From the IMG/VR virus record IMGVR_UViG_3300031911_000003, positions 1-64,000 of that record: DNA of 64,000 bases, one strand, 5' to 3'. Source of the stretch: a virus (lineage: Duplodnaviria; Caudoviricetes). Positions 16,737-25,691 of this stretch are shown one piece after another. The notes beneath the pieces were generated by a model. The model was not told where the DNA came from. It saw only the letters and a program-made list of their open reading frames with translations, and searched no databases. Every line of letters starts with the position of its first letter. The first letter of the stretch is position 1. Position numbers and translations under genes: made by a program.

Positions 16737-18777
16737 TGCCGCCGACCTCCATAGCGGTGCGCTGCCAGCACATGCGGAAGACGCGCATCGCCACCGGCTC
16801 TAGCGCCGCTGCCAGGTCGTCCGGGTCCGCGCTGCCCGCGTAGAAGAGCTGCACCGGCACCGTGATGTTCGTACCGCCCATCTTGCGCTCGGGCACCATG
16901 TACTCGCCCCCCTTGTCCCCGACGACGGCCAGAGTTGGCGTGTTGACGTAGCCGCCGTCGCCGAACTTCGGCACGTCGGCGCCGCTGGCTGGGATCATCG
17001 AGGCGATGTCCTCTGCCTTCCCCATCGTGCCGCCGCGCAGCCAGGCTCCTACTCCCATGTCCTTTCCTTGCAAGACGTATTCGGAGCGCGCGGCGGCGAA
17101 CTGCGGCAAGAAGCTGTCGAGGCTTGAACCGCGCTTGGCGGCGAGCTCGGCGAGCATGTCTTTGCTGAAGCCGTACTTACTGAGATAGTCGACGCCGCCA
17201 GACTCACCTGGCTTCGAAAACGCCATTTCCTTCAGTCCAGCGACGGCAGCGCCTTTCATGCCCGCGAGGATGCCCTGGCCCAAGTAGGTCCCAACGTCGA
17301 TGAGGACGCCTTTCACGTTACTCAGGAATTCGCCTGGTTCGGCGTGCATGAGCTTGTCGAGCCACCCCCAGGCCTCCTTGAAGAAGCCGATGACCTTCTG
17401 CCCGAGCGCGCCGATGACGTTGATCACGCGTTCGATGTCGCTCGGTCGAATCTTCGCGAAACCGCCGAATATGCTGTCGGTGAGCCCGACGATGGTGTCT
17501 CGGAGTTTAGTACTCCCCATGACACCTTCGGTGAGCTTCGCCAGAAAACCATCGAAAGGCTTTCCGAACTCGTCTACACCACCGATGAGCGCTTTGAATC
17601 CCTTGGTGTTTACTAAGTCTATGCTCTTGAGCATATCGCCGAAGGCGTTCTTCGCGTTCGACAGCGCGCCCGTCAGGCTCTCCTTGCCGAACTTCTTGGC
17701 GAGCGAGCCGGGTCCCTCCTCGAGCTTCTGCCCTTCGTACATGGAGCCGATGGCAGCATTGAGCATGCTACCTACCTCAATATAACCAGTGCCTGCCAGA
17801 CCACGGATAGCCTTCAAAGCTTCGGTTTCACTAGCTTTTCCGGCTATAACAGCTTTCATCTGTTTCTGGCCTTCGCCACCTAATTCTCCCCGTGCATGTC
17901 TAGCCATAAGCTCAGGTATTCCTTGCTGTGCTTTAAGCTGCATGGCGATATCTTTGGCTCTGAATTTCGCTACACGGAGGGAATCAAAATCGTCGACTGT
18001 GGCTACCCCTTTCCCTTGGAGTCGACTGAACGCCTCGATGACGTTCCGTTCTACTCCAGGCTCGTCGAGGAACTTCGAGGCCTGGTCGGCGACGACGCGG
18101 TAAAGGAACTTCGACTGATCTGCGCTGAAACCCTGCGTGAGGAAAGTCTTGATTCCGCTTATGACCTTGTCTGTGTCGAGCGGCGTCTCGGACGCTAGCT
18201 TCTGCGCGTCGGCGAACAAGCCGCGAGCCTTCTCCATGTCGCCGCCGAGCATGTACGACATGCCTGTAAGGGCGTTCTGCCGGAACTCAGCCGCCTCGAC
18301 GACGCTGTCGAGCAGGCTCTTTCCGAGGTCGATTCCCCGGCCGACTACATCCTTGGCCAGCCCGAGCGGCCCGCCCATCATCGTCTTCATGACGGAGAAG
18401 CCGCCCGTGACGGTTTGCATCGCGTGCGCTGCGTAGGCAAGCGTGCGGGGCGAGAAGATGCGCTGCCAGATGCTGTCGAAACCCATGGCCGAGCGGCGCA
18501 TCTTGTCGATGTCGCCGCCAAGCTGCCGCAGGATCAGCGAAGTGTCTCGGCCGCTGACGCCCGCGCCCTTGAGCGCCGCCTTGACCTTGTCGACGTCGCC
18601 ACCCGCGGCCTTGAGCAGCTCGCGCGACTGCTTGAGGGTGACGAGAAAGGTCTGCTTGAGCGGATTCGCGCGCGCGAAGCTCTGCACGACGAAGGCGAGG
18701 TTCTTGAAATCGCTCGACGCCCCACGCGCGAGCTCACCGAGCTGTTTCAGTTCTACGTCGATTTCGTCGGATGCCAC
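16729..18777 (-). CDS. tail tape measure protein
   Basis: 682-aa Ala/Gly helical protein with LASETPLD..KVI and FGDGGYVNTPTLAVVGDKGGEY motifs; downstream of the tail chaperones. Confidence 0.85.
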   Translation of the reverse strand: MASDEIDVELKQLGELARGASSDFKNLAFVVQSFARANPLKQTFLVTLKQSRELLKAAGGDVDKVKAALKGAGVSGRDTSLILRQLGGDIDKMRRSAMGFDSIWQRIFSPRTLAYAAHAMQTVTGGFSVMKTMMGGPLGLAKDVVGRGIDLGKSLLDSVVEAAEFRQNALTGMSYMLGGDMEKARGLFADAQKLASETPLDTDKVISGIKTFLTQGFSADQSKFLYRVVADQASKFLDEPGVERNVIEAFSRLQGKGVATVDDFDSLRVAKFRAKDIAMQLKAQQGIPELMARHARGELGGEGQKQMKAVIAGKASETEALKAIRGLAGTGYIEVGSMLNAAIGSMYEGQKLEEGPGSLAKKFGKESLTGALSNAKNAFGDMLKSIDLVNTKGFKALIGGVDEFGKPFDGFLAKLTEGVMGSTKLRDTIVGLTDSIFGGFAKIRPSDIERVINVIGALGQKVIGFFKEAWGWLDKLMHAEPGEFLSNVKGVLIDVGTYLGQGILAGMKGAAVAGLKEMAFSKPGESGGVDYLSKYGFSKDMLAELAAKRGSSLDSFLPQFAAARSEYVLQGKDMGVGAWLRGGTMGKAEDIASMIPASGADVPKFGDGGYVNTPTLAVVGDKGGEYMVPERKMGGTNITVPVQLFYAGSADPDDLAAALEPVAMRVFRMCWQRTAMEVGGNG

Positions 18778-18778
18778 G

Positions 18779-18804
18779 ACGAGAGATGGTCAGGTCAGCG
18801 ACGA
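18779..18804. repeat. 26-bp exact direct repeat, copy 1 (copy 2 at 43792-43817), containing the late motif
   Basis: acgagagatggtcaggtcagcgacga at both loci, each abutting a minus-strand start codon. Confidence 0.9.
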
Positions 18805-19515
18805 CTTGTAGAAGGCCGCGCCCTCGACGAAGTAGCGGATCTCATCCGCGTAGGTGAACCACTCGCCGGACTCGCGCAGGTGCGCGAACCGACGGTGCAG
18901 CGTCGTCTCTAGTTCGGTGCCTCCTGGCAGCGTCAGGAGCAGCGTGAGCTTAACGGAGGCCGACGTCTGAAGGGTGTCGAAGCGCTTCTCAACGTTGGAG
19001 CTCGTCCCGATCTTCAGCTTGCCGTCGGCGCTGAGCACGCAATAGACGCACTCACCGCCCTGGCTCAGCTTGTCGTCGGCCGCAGCGCGCCTGGCGCGCT
19101 CCACAGAGCGGTAGCGCTGCGTCTCTTGCCGCAAGAAGGCGTCTCGCAGCGCGCCATATTCTGCCGCCTCGTCGTCTCGTAGATCGGGAACTAATTCGTC
19201 GGCGTCCCGCACCGCCTGACCCGAGAACCGATCGAGCAGGCGCGCCGCGAAGTTGATTGCCGTGCTCTTGCAGTCGCACCTGTGTTCGCCGCCGCAGGGA
19301 CACCGCAGGATGAGAGTCTTGTCGACGCGCCGGACCTCGCAGCTTTGGCCCCGCACAGACAGGCGGTCGCTCCCCAGTCCTGTCGCCGACGAGCCGCAGG
19401 GCAGCGCGATATCGGCTCGATCTCGGGCCGCCCGCGCGAAGCAGGTGTGTTTGAGCACCCAACGCGCTTGCTTTTCTAAGAAAGGTCGGAAGTTGTGACT
19501 GTATCTGTGGTCCAC
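18790..19515 (-). CDS. GIY-YIG T5orf172/MUG113-domain protein
   Basis: VYCVLSADGKLKIGTSSNVEKRF..LQT, LETTLHRRFAHLR..GEWF. Confidence 0.8.
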   Translation of the reverse strand: MDHRYSHNFRPFLEKQARWVLKHTCFARAARDRADIALPCGSSATGLGSDRLSVRGQSCEVRRVDKTLILRCPCGGEHRCDCKSTAINFAARLLDRFSGQAVRDADELVPDLRDDEAAEYGALRDAFLRQETQRYRSVERARRAAADDKLSQGGECVYCVLSADGKLKIGTSSNVEKRFDTLQTSASVKLTLLLTLPGGTELETTLHRRFAHLRESGEWFTYADEIRYFVEGAAFYKSSLT

Positions 19516-19519
19516 TGCT

Positions 19520-19939
19520 TCACATATTGAGCGCCCGCTTTACCTCTTTGAGGAAGCGTTTCAGCTCGGCTTTCTTGATCTCGTCGAGCTTTCTCTGCCA
19601 CTTCTCGGGCAAGCCGCTCGTCGGCAGGTGCTCGTGCTCGCCGTCACCGTTTAAGAACTTGCTGTAGTAGACGTGCTGTCCGACGCGGACCCGACGCCCC
19701 TCGTCAACTACGACGACGTCGTAGCCGTCCATGAGTAGGCCAGAATCCAGCATCGGGGCGCCACCACTTCTCGGCGCAGGAAAGCGCTTACCATACACGT
19801 TTCGCCCCTGAACGTGTTGCGCTCGCAGTTCTTTGCGGACGTACTCAGCAAAGGTGCTAGCGATTCGCAGCTGTGCCTCTTTGGCTAGCCTGCGGATCGC
19901 CCCGACGCCTTCGCCCAGACCGCGCCTAGTGATCGCCAT
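19520..19939 (-). CDS. neck / tail-completion (virion morphogenesis) protein
   Basis: GRNVYGKRF, PMLDSGLL, VGQHVYYSKFLN, HLPTSGLPEKW. Confidence 0.6.
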   Translation of the reverse strand: MAITRRGLGEGVGAIRRLAKEAQLRIASTFAEYVRKELRAQHVQGRNVYGKRFPAPRSGGAPMLDSGLLMDGYDVVVVDEGRRVRVGQHVYYSKFLNGDGEHEHLPTSGLPEKWQRKLDEIKKAELKRFLKEVKRALNM

Positions 19940-20105
19940 GGCGCCGCCTCTCGAACGTCACTTCCTCGCCACTGCGCCGGAAGACGCCTGCGCGCCGTAG
20001 CCTCAGACCGTCCGTGATGGCACTGAGCACTGCGTCGATACAGAGCCGCGCCTGCGCCTCCGAGCAGCGCAGCGAGCGCGCTACGGCTTCGACAAGTTCC
20101 TTCAT
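19926..20105 (-). CDS. truncated HU/IHF-like protein (59 aa; not in ORF track)
   Basis: MKELVEAVARSLRCSEAQARLCIDAVLSAITDGLRLRRAGVFRRSGEEVTFERRR; ATGA-coupled to the upstream gene. Confidence 0.6.
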   Translation of the reverse strand: MKELVEAVARSLRCSEAQARLCIDAVLSAITDGLRLRRAGVFRRSGEEVTFERRRHGDH

Positions 20106-20509
20106 GCTTTCTCGATCGCGTTTTGCTCTCGCGATTCCTGTTCTGCTGCAATTCTCGGAACTGCGGCCACTGACGACGTTCGGAGCTTGTTCTCGGCATC
20201 GACAGCCGCAGCAACAATTTCCGGCAGCGTATATGTCTTTGCCACCCGGCGGAGCACGCGCTTCGTGAGCTTCTCCTCAGCTTCCGCGATCTCGCGGGCG
20301 ATCGAGCGCTCGCGCAGTCGAAGCACGAAGCCGAAGACGCTGAGCGCTGCCGTCGACAGGAACACGTAGAACCAGAAGGCGCCCCACAGGTCGCGGTTCT
20401 GGTAGACGACGACGCTGCCGTAGCCGAAGGCGAGCAGCTCGAACGAACTGAGGGCGATGCCAAGCGCGCGGATCATGACCGCACCTCGAACCGCATGCGG
20501 CATGCCCAC
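20102..20509 (-). CDS. two-TM membrane protein
   Basis: Two hydrophobic segments then a charged tail; start probably near 20476. Confidence 0.55.
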   Translation of the reverse strand: MGMPHAVRGAVMIRALGIALSSFELLAFGYGSVVVYQNRDLWGAFWFYVFLSTAALSVFGFVLRLRERSIAREIAEAEEKLTKRVLRRVAKTYTLPEIVAAAVDAENKLRTSSVAAVPRIAAEQESREQNAIEKA

Positions 20510-20844
20510 AGTCCGCGATGCAAGTGCTTCCCGACGTCACCCTCGACAATAGAGCGCGGCGTGACGAACGAGGCGACGAGCTCTTCGCCGACGCAGACGA
20601 GGTTCTCTAGCACCCGCGTGACGTGCGGCTGCCCTCCGCGGTCGCAGATACGGACGGTGACGCGGGTGGCGCTGCGCAGCCTGCCGAGGTTTTTCTCTAC
20701 GGAGTCTTCGCCGTGCGTGAGCTGTACGAGCAAGACGACGTGCCGCGCGCCGACCTCTACGGCGTCAACGAAGGGGTACTCCTCTTCGTCTACGAGGAGC
20801 CTCGTGTCGCACAGCTCTAGTCTGTAGCTGTCAAGTCTTGCCAT
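20473..20844 (-). CDS. hypothetical protein
   Basis: Coupled (TGATG) to the chaperone frameshift ORF; GGAGG upstream. Confidence 0.55.
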   Translation of the reverse strand: MARLDSYRLELCDTRLLVDEEEYPFVDAVEVGARHVVLLVQLTHGEDSVEKNLGRLRSATRVTVRICDRGGQPHVTRVLENLVCVGEELVASFVTPRSIVEGDVGKHLHRGLWACRMRFEVRS

Positions 20845-21098
20845 CAGGTCTTCACTCCTCCAAGCGCCGCGACGATGCGCGTGAGCGCCTTCACCGTCTG
20901 CGCGAGTTCGAGAACTATGCCAGCGCCGACTACCTGGTAGACGGCGCGCTCTTCGTCCGACTGCGTCGGCGTTATGTCCTTGCCGGTGAAGGCGAGCAAT
21001 CCCGCGAGCGAGTGGTACTGCGCCCGCATCACCGACTCGGGATCGGCATCGGGAATGCTCCCCGCCTGAACTTCAGCGAGGAGCTCTAGCGCTTTTTT
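20844..21098 (-). CDS. C-terminal extension of the tail assembly chaperone, reached by -1 frameshift
   Basis: The -1 frame is open from the A AAA AAG site: ...KALELLAEVQAG... Confidence 0.75.
   Translation of the reverse strand, partial: KKALELLAEVQAGSIPDADPESVMRAQYHSLAGLLAFTGKDITPTQSDEERAVYQVVGAGIVLELAQTVKALTRIVAALGGVKT
21057..21098 (-). other. programmed -1 frameshift: slippery A AAA AAG (21098-21092) plus stem-loop (21084-21057)
   Basis: Canonical heptamer in phase; hairpin GCUCCUCGCUGA...UCAGGCGGGGAGC starts 7 nt downstream. Confidence 0.8.
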
Positions 21099-21628
21099 AC
21101 GCGGTCGCCTCCGTCGGCGCCGAGCGACATGAACCATCTGGTCGGCAGCACCTGCTCGACGGCGTCGCACATGCGGCGGCGCAAGAGCTCTAGCTTCGCG
21201 CGATCGGGGAACAGCACGGCGTTCAAGAAGTACTCACCTGCCGCGCGCCCGGCCTCGTCGGCGTCCCGACTCTTGGCCTTCCGCTCGAGGTCGCGGCGCA
21301 TGGCCTTGACCTCCGTCGGCGTCATGCGCTTCACGATCGCCCCAGCGTAGAAGGTCGGGTGGACGATGGCGCGCACCACGTCGCGCTCGTCGGCACCCTT
21401 AACCGTCTGGTTCTCGAGGCGCAGCCGCTCGTAGGCGGCTTCGGCGTCGGCGACGGCGGCGTCGTACGCCTCTTCCGTCACCTCGTCCTGCGCGTCGTCT
21501 TCCTGCTCGGGCAGCCAGCCGGCGTGCGTCGCCGCCAGGCACAGCACCCAGCGCCGCGTGCCCTTTAGCTGCGCCCACTCCTCGACAGTCCGAATTTCCG
21601 GTTGACGTTTCGTATCCGTTTCGCTCAT
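21086..21628 (-). CDS. tail assembly chaperone
   Basis: Lies between tube and tape measure; ends GTA AAA AAG CGC TAG; ACCATC 7 nt upstream. Confidence 0.8.
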   Translation of the reverse strand: MSETDTKRQPEIRTVEEWAQLKGTRRWVLCLAATHAGWLPEQEDDAQDEVTEEAYDAAVADAEAAYERLRLENQTVKGADERDVVRAIVHPTFYAGAIVKRMTPTEVKAMRRDLERKAKSRDADEAGRAAGEYFLNAVLFPDRAKLELLRRRMCDAVEQVLPTRWFMSLGADGGDRVKKR

Positions 21629-21686
21629 GATGCGGATGGTAGGAGGTACCAGATGACAGACAAATCAACGACTCAAGGATTTAAAA

Positions 21687-21926
21687 ATGATCATCGTTAA
21701 TCGAAAGGCTTTACTTATGAGTTTGGCTGATGCAAAACGCTTTGCCGACTCGAAGTCGACGATGCCGTTTGTGATCGGTGTGAACGGCAAGTACGCGCTG
21801 CAGGCTCTCGAGCGCATCGACAGCGCTCTGGTCTGGATCGGCATGAACGACGAGCTTGATCCGCTCGTGTTCAAGGCGAGTCGTTGCGCGGAGGATCTCC
21901 ACGTCGTCATGCCGATGAGGCTGTGA
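21687..21926 (+). CDS. 79-aa mini DnaN (beta sliding clamp) fragment protein
   Basis: N-terminus VNRKALLMSL...SKSTMP resembles the DnaN start; C-terminus IGVNGKYALQAL...VWIGMND.LDPLVF...HVVMPMRL resembles the DnaN end. Confidence 0.65.
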   Translation: MIIVNRKALLMSLADAKRFADSKSTMPFVIGVNGKYALQALERIDSALVWIGMNDELDPLVFKASRCAEDLHVVMPMRL

Positions 21927-21976
21927 GTACACTGGGCCGAATGGGTCACGGATACTCTTTCGATGATTATCTTCGA

Positions 21977-22474
21977 CTAGCCGGCGTTGACGCCGACGAT
22001 GTCGGCGAACTGCGGGATGATCTTGCCACCCGAGCCGAACTCGATGTAGCCGCAGTAGCAGGGGATGTCCATACCGAGCACCGCCGGCCCGGTCGAGCTG
22101 TCGAAGTTCCACTCGTTGACGATTACGTACAACGTGTCCGTCTCGACGACAGCGGCCTCGGGGTGGACGAAGCTCACCGTGATGACGATGAAGCCCTCGA
22201 ACATGCCCTTGCCAGGGATCGAGGCCACCTGCCGGAAGGCGTCACGCGCCGCCCGGTTGATGCTGAAGCTCGCCTCGTAGCTGAGCGCCCCGCGCGTCAC
22301 GCCCTGCGGCAGCGGCGAGGTACCGCGGGCCTCCTCTCGCGAAACCTTGGCCGAGTAGCTGATCTTGGTGAACTGCGTGAAGAGCCGGTCGCCGGGAAAC
22401 TTCGCTTCGATGTCTGCGTGCTGATACTGAACGTTGTTGAAGCCGGGAGCGAACCGGCGGGTAAGCTGCGCCAT
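21977..22474 (-). CDS. tail tube protein
   Basis: ATG 22474 directly after the sheath stop; FTKISYS..V.REEARGT..LPQGVTRG..SYEASF. Confidence 0.8.
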   Translation of the reverse strand: MAQLTRRFAPGFNNVQYQHADIEAKFPGDRLFTQFTKISYSAKVSREEARGTSPLPQGVTRGALSYEASFSINRAARDAFRQVASIPGKGMFEGFIVITVSFVHPEAAVVETDTLYVIVNEWNFDSSTGPAVLGMDIPCYCGYIEFGSGGKIIPQFADIVGVNAG

Positions 22475-22479
22475 CTGAG

Positions 22480-25320
22480 TTACACTCCCACTGTGAAGGT
22501 GTCTGAGATCGTGACCGCGAAGCCGATGGTTCCATCGAGCTTGAGCACCTTGGCGAGCGGCACCATGGTGAGCGACCAGGCGACGGTCAGCGTTCGCGCG
22601 GTCTGCTCGATGCGCGAGACGCCGAAGGTGAAGGCCGACACGTGGTTCACGCCGTTGTCGTTGATGAGGCCTCCGTTGTTGAGATCGCCCCGCACGCGTC
22701 GCTCGATCTGCTGCGCCTGCACCTCGGCGAGCGTGCCCGTCGCAGGATCGGTCAGCACGTTGGCGTTCAAGATGACGGCCAAAGAGCGATTGACGCGGCG
22801 GAACGCCCTGTTCATGACGCGCCGTCGCTCCCAGAAGATGAAGTCGTTGCCGTCGTCTACGAGGTTCAGCGTCTGCCGGATGAATACGCCATCGTACTCG
22901 ACGAGCGTACGGCCCGTGGTGACGTTCTGCGCGTGCAGCTCGAGGAGCGCCGAATCCGACTCCCACAGCGCGGCCCGCTCCTCGGTGCCTTCGGCTACGG
23001 TGTGGAGTCCCGTACCGGGGATCGCGAACTGGGTGCCGTCGGCTGTGAGTACGCTGCAGAGCGTCTGGTTCGGCGACTGGCTGATCACTACGTTCATGCA
23101 GCGCGCGAGATCCAGACACGCCCGGCTCTTCTGCATCTGGCAGCCGTACAGCGTCACGATCGTGTCCTGCTCACCTCCCGCGTAGTTGACGATGCCGCCC
23201 GAGCTGCGCGGCGAGGGCAGCGCGGCGTTGAAGTTCGCGGCCCACAAGAGGTCGTCAGACTGCAGCTGCGTCACGCGGTAGAGGCCCTGCACGGTTCCCC
23301 AGAGCGGCACCTTCTTGCTGTCCTTGACGTCGCGGAGCCACGCCTCGAAGACCTGGTAGGTGGCGTTGTCGCAGTCGTCCTGTACAAGGTGGACGTGCTC
23401 GATGTTCTGTAGGGTCTTCAAGTACGTCGACTTCAGCGTCTCGAGCGCGGCGGAGAGTCCCGCCAGGTCGAAGCGCGGCGGCGTCGTGTAGCTCGTCCAC
23501 TCGTCTCCCGCCTCGACGGCGACGGGCAGCGAGACGAACTCATCCCACGCTCCAGCGATCCCGAGGCCCGTCCCGGTGACGGTTGGCGCCGTCACGAGCG
23601 CCAACACGGAGGCGGGCGCGGTGCCGTAGAGGGTCACGAGGTCGTTCGGCGTCGAGGTTTGCGCGCCGTTGGTGTCGGTGGCGAGCGTTACCGTGACGTC
23701 GAGCCCCGCAGCAGTGATGCCCGCGGCGGTGCTCTGACCCGAGGCGACTTGACGGACGCGGACACCCGGTTTCTTGGCCGTCCAGAGCGTACCGCCGTTC
23801 GGCGCGAGCCCCGGCCCAGCACTGGCGACGAGCCCTAGGCCCGTGCCTACGGTGTCCACTGCGTTTACGAGGAGCCGCGCGGCGAGCGTGCCGGCCGAGA
23901 CGTCCGTCTCGAAGAAAGCCTTCGCGGCGGCTCCCGTCGTCGTCGCGGCGGCGTCCACACCGCCCGCGAGCGGCGTCGCCCCGTGCGTGTCGCCCGGCGC
24001 GGCGAGGACGTTGCCGTTCGTCCCGCCGGTAGCGGTGACGCTGCCGAACGTCGTGCTGACTGGGAAATGGGCCTTGACGTTGGCGACGGTAGTCACGCCG
24101 TCGTCGTAGTGGACGGTGATCGCGTTGCCGATGACAGACACGGCGTCTGTCCCATCCTCCACGAATGCCACGGTGATCGAGTTTCCGCCGGCGCCGGCCG
24201 TCGCAGAAGCGAACGTCAGCCCAGCGAGGTTGCCGCCGAAGCCCGCGTAGCTCGCCGCCACCGCGCCGCTCGTCGCGGTGGTGAAGGTGACGGCCGAGCC
24301 AACGACGCCGAAGCTCGGCGTCGCGTTGTCCGTCGTCGGGACATCGACCTCGATCGAGGCTCCGGCTGTGGCGAACGTCCAGACGGTGTCCCCGTTGACG
24401 GTCGCGCCCGCCGCGCGATAGGCACCGTAGAGCGTCTTGGCGACGGTGCCCTGAGCAAAAGTCGCGCGGATGCCGGTGTGCCAGCGGGTGAATCCGCCCG
24501 GATGGGTGTACAGGTCCAGCTCGCCCAACTGCGGGATCGTGAAGGCGGGGGACCACGTCACACCGTCGTCCGCCGACCAGCGCACCTGCGGCTGCTGCGC
24601 GCCAGAGACGGTGATCTGCCCGCCGCGCGTCGACTGGAAGCGCAGGTGGTCGAAGCGGTCTAGCGGCCCGGCGTACTCGAAGCTGAGAGCCGTCGTGCCG
24701 ACGGGGTCGACTGGGGCGCCGCCCGAAGTCTGCGTGCGGTAGCGCACCATGGCCTTCACGCGCTCGCCGGCCGCGGTGCCGAAGGTACCGGGGCCGTTCA
24801 CGGCGTAGGCCGCCTGCCGCGCCTGCCCGGCCTCGTCGAGGTAGTCGACGACGGCGACGTGTGCGACGGTGCCGGCGCCGTGCGTGCTCGTGAGCGGGAG
24901 CGGTGATGGGGGCGTCGCGAACCCGCCCTGGCGATCGACAGCCGCACCGCCGGGGATCGGGTCGGGAGCGGCGGCGAGCCCATCGAAGGTGGCCGCCGCG
25001 AGCGACAAGACCGAAGGCGATGGGGCGGAACCCGCGGGGCGCTTGACGACGGAGCCGAACGTCCCCGGCTCGGCGGCCAGCACCTGGAAGCCGTAGACCG
25101 TGCGGTTGCAGTTCGCGATGTGCGGCCCGCTGTCGCTCGCGAGGGGGCCGACGCCGAGGCGGTTCACGGTCGCAAGTTCCCGCATGACGACGGGCTTGCC
25201 AACGATGTACGCCGAGGCGACGCCGATCTTCAGGATAGTGCCTTCCTGCGTGTCGGCTACGGTGGACAGGTTGCCGTTGAGCTCCCTGATGTTCAAGGCC
25301 GGGTTCGGAGTGCCGCTCAT
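22480..25320 (-). CDS. contractile tail sheath protein (946 aa, large insertions)
   Basis: C-terminal YDGVFI....NLVDDGNDFIFWERRRVMNRA...sheath-like region; upstream of the tube gene. Confidence 0.85.
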   Translation of the reverse strand: MSGTPNPALNIRELNGNLSTVADTQEGTILKIGVASAYIVGKPVVMRELATVNRLGVGPLASDSGPHIANCNRTVYGFQVLAAEPGTFGSVVKRPAGSAPSPSVLSLAAATFDGLAAAPDPIPGGAAVDRQGGFATPPSPLPLTSTHGAGTVAHVAVVDYLDEAGQARQAAYAVNGPGTFGTAAGERVKAMVRYRTQTSGGAPVDPVGTTALSFEYAGPLDRFDHLRFQSTRGGQITVSGAQQPQVRWSADDGVTWSPAFTIPQLGELDLYTHPGGFTRWHTGIRATFAQGTVAKTLYGAYRAAGATVNGDTVWTFATAGASIEVDVPTTDNATPSFGVVGSAVTFTTATSGAVAASYAGFGGNLAGLTFASATAGAGGNSITVAFVEDGTDAVSVIGNAITVHYDDGVTTVANVKAHFPVSTTFGSVTATGGTNGNVLAAPGDTHGATPLAGGVDAAATTTGAAAKAFFETDVSAGTLAARLLVNAVDTVGTGLGLVASAGPGLAPNGGTLWTAKKPGVRVRQVASGQSTAAGITAAGLDVTVTLATDTNGAQTSTPNDLVTLYGTAPASVLALVTAPTVTGTGLGIAGAWDEFVSLPVAVEAGDEWTSYTTPPRFDLAGLSAALETLKSTYLKTLQNIEHVHLVQDDCDNATYQVFEAWLRDVKDSKKVPLWGTVQGLYRVTQLQSDDLLWAANFNAALPSPRSSGGIVNYAGGEQDTIVTLYGCQMQKSRACLDLARCMNVVISQSPNQTLCSVLTADGTQFAIPGTGLHTVAEGTEERAALWESDSALLELHAQNVTTGRTLVEYDGVFIRQTLNLVDDGNDFIFWERRRVMNRAFRRVNRSLAVILNANVLTDPATGTLAEVQAQQIERRVRGDLNNGGLINDNGVNHVSAFTFGVSRIEQTARTLTVAWSLTMVPLAKVLKLDGTIGFAVTISDTFTVGV

Positions 25321-25327
25321 GCCTCCC

Positions 25328-25343
25328 GATGGTCGGGACCATC
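25328..25343. promoter_or_regulatory. back-to-back ACCATC motifs (GATGGTC-GG-GACCATC) serving divergent starts 25320(-) and 25350(+)
   Basis: Inverted repeat; spacers of 8 and 7 nt to the two ATGs. Confidence 0.7.
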
Positions 25344-25349
25344 CTGATT

Positions 25350-25691
25350 ATGAGGATCGCACCGCAGGTCACGCCGCCCGCCTCTCCAGACGCAGTCAAG
25401 GATCTATCGCCGCCAGGTTCCATACTCCTATCAGGGACTAACGCGCTGCAGCTCACGGCGAAGGTGACCGCCGGCACGCTGACGCTCGAGCCGCGCTTCT
25501 GGGATGGCTCGAGCTGGGTGCCGCTGCGGGGGGACGCCGTCGTTGGCTCGTCCGCCGTCGTCGCCGACTTCGCCACCGCGCCCATCGCCTCGCTGACCAT
25601 GCGCAGGGCGGCGGAGCCCCGGTGGTGGGTCGTGATCCAGTCCGGCGGGGGGACCTTGGACTACTGCGACATCTCGGAGGCGGTGAAGTAG
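25350..25691 (+). CDS. small virion structural protein (beta-rich)
   Basis: ATG 25350 with ACCATC 7 nt upstream; coupled to 25692. Confidence 0.55.
   Translation: MRIAPQVTPPASPDAVKDLSPPGSILLSGTNALQLTAKVTAGTLTLEPRFWDGSSWVPLRGDAVVGSSAVVADFATAPIASLTMRRAAEPRWWVVIQSGGGTLDYCDISEAVK

Noticed and set aside
21641-21700. AGGAGG-led ATG 21653 frameshifting into the mini-clamp
   Set aside because: It gives a 15-aa peptide, would need a +1 shift with no recognisable signal, and the mini-clamp has its own SD and ATG
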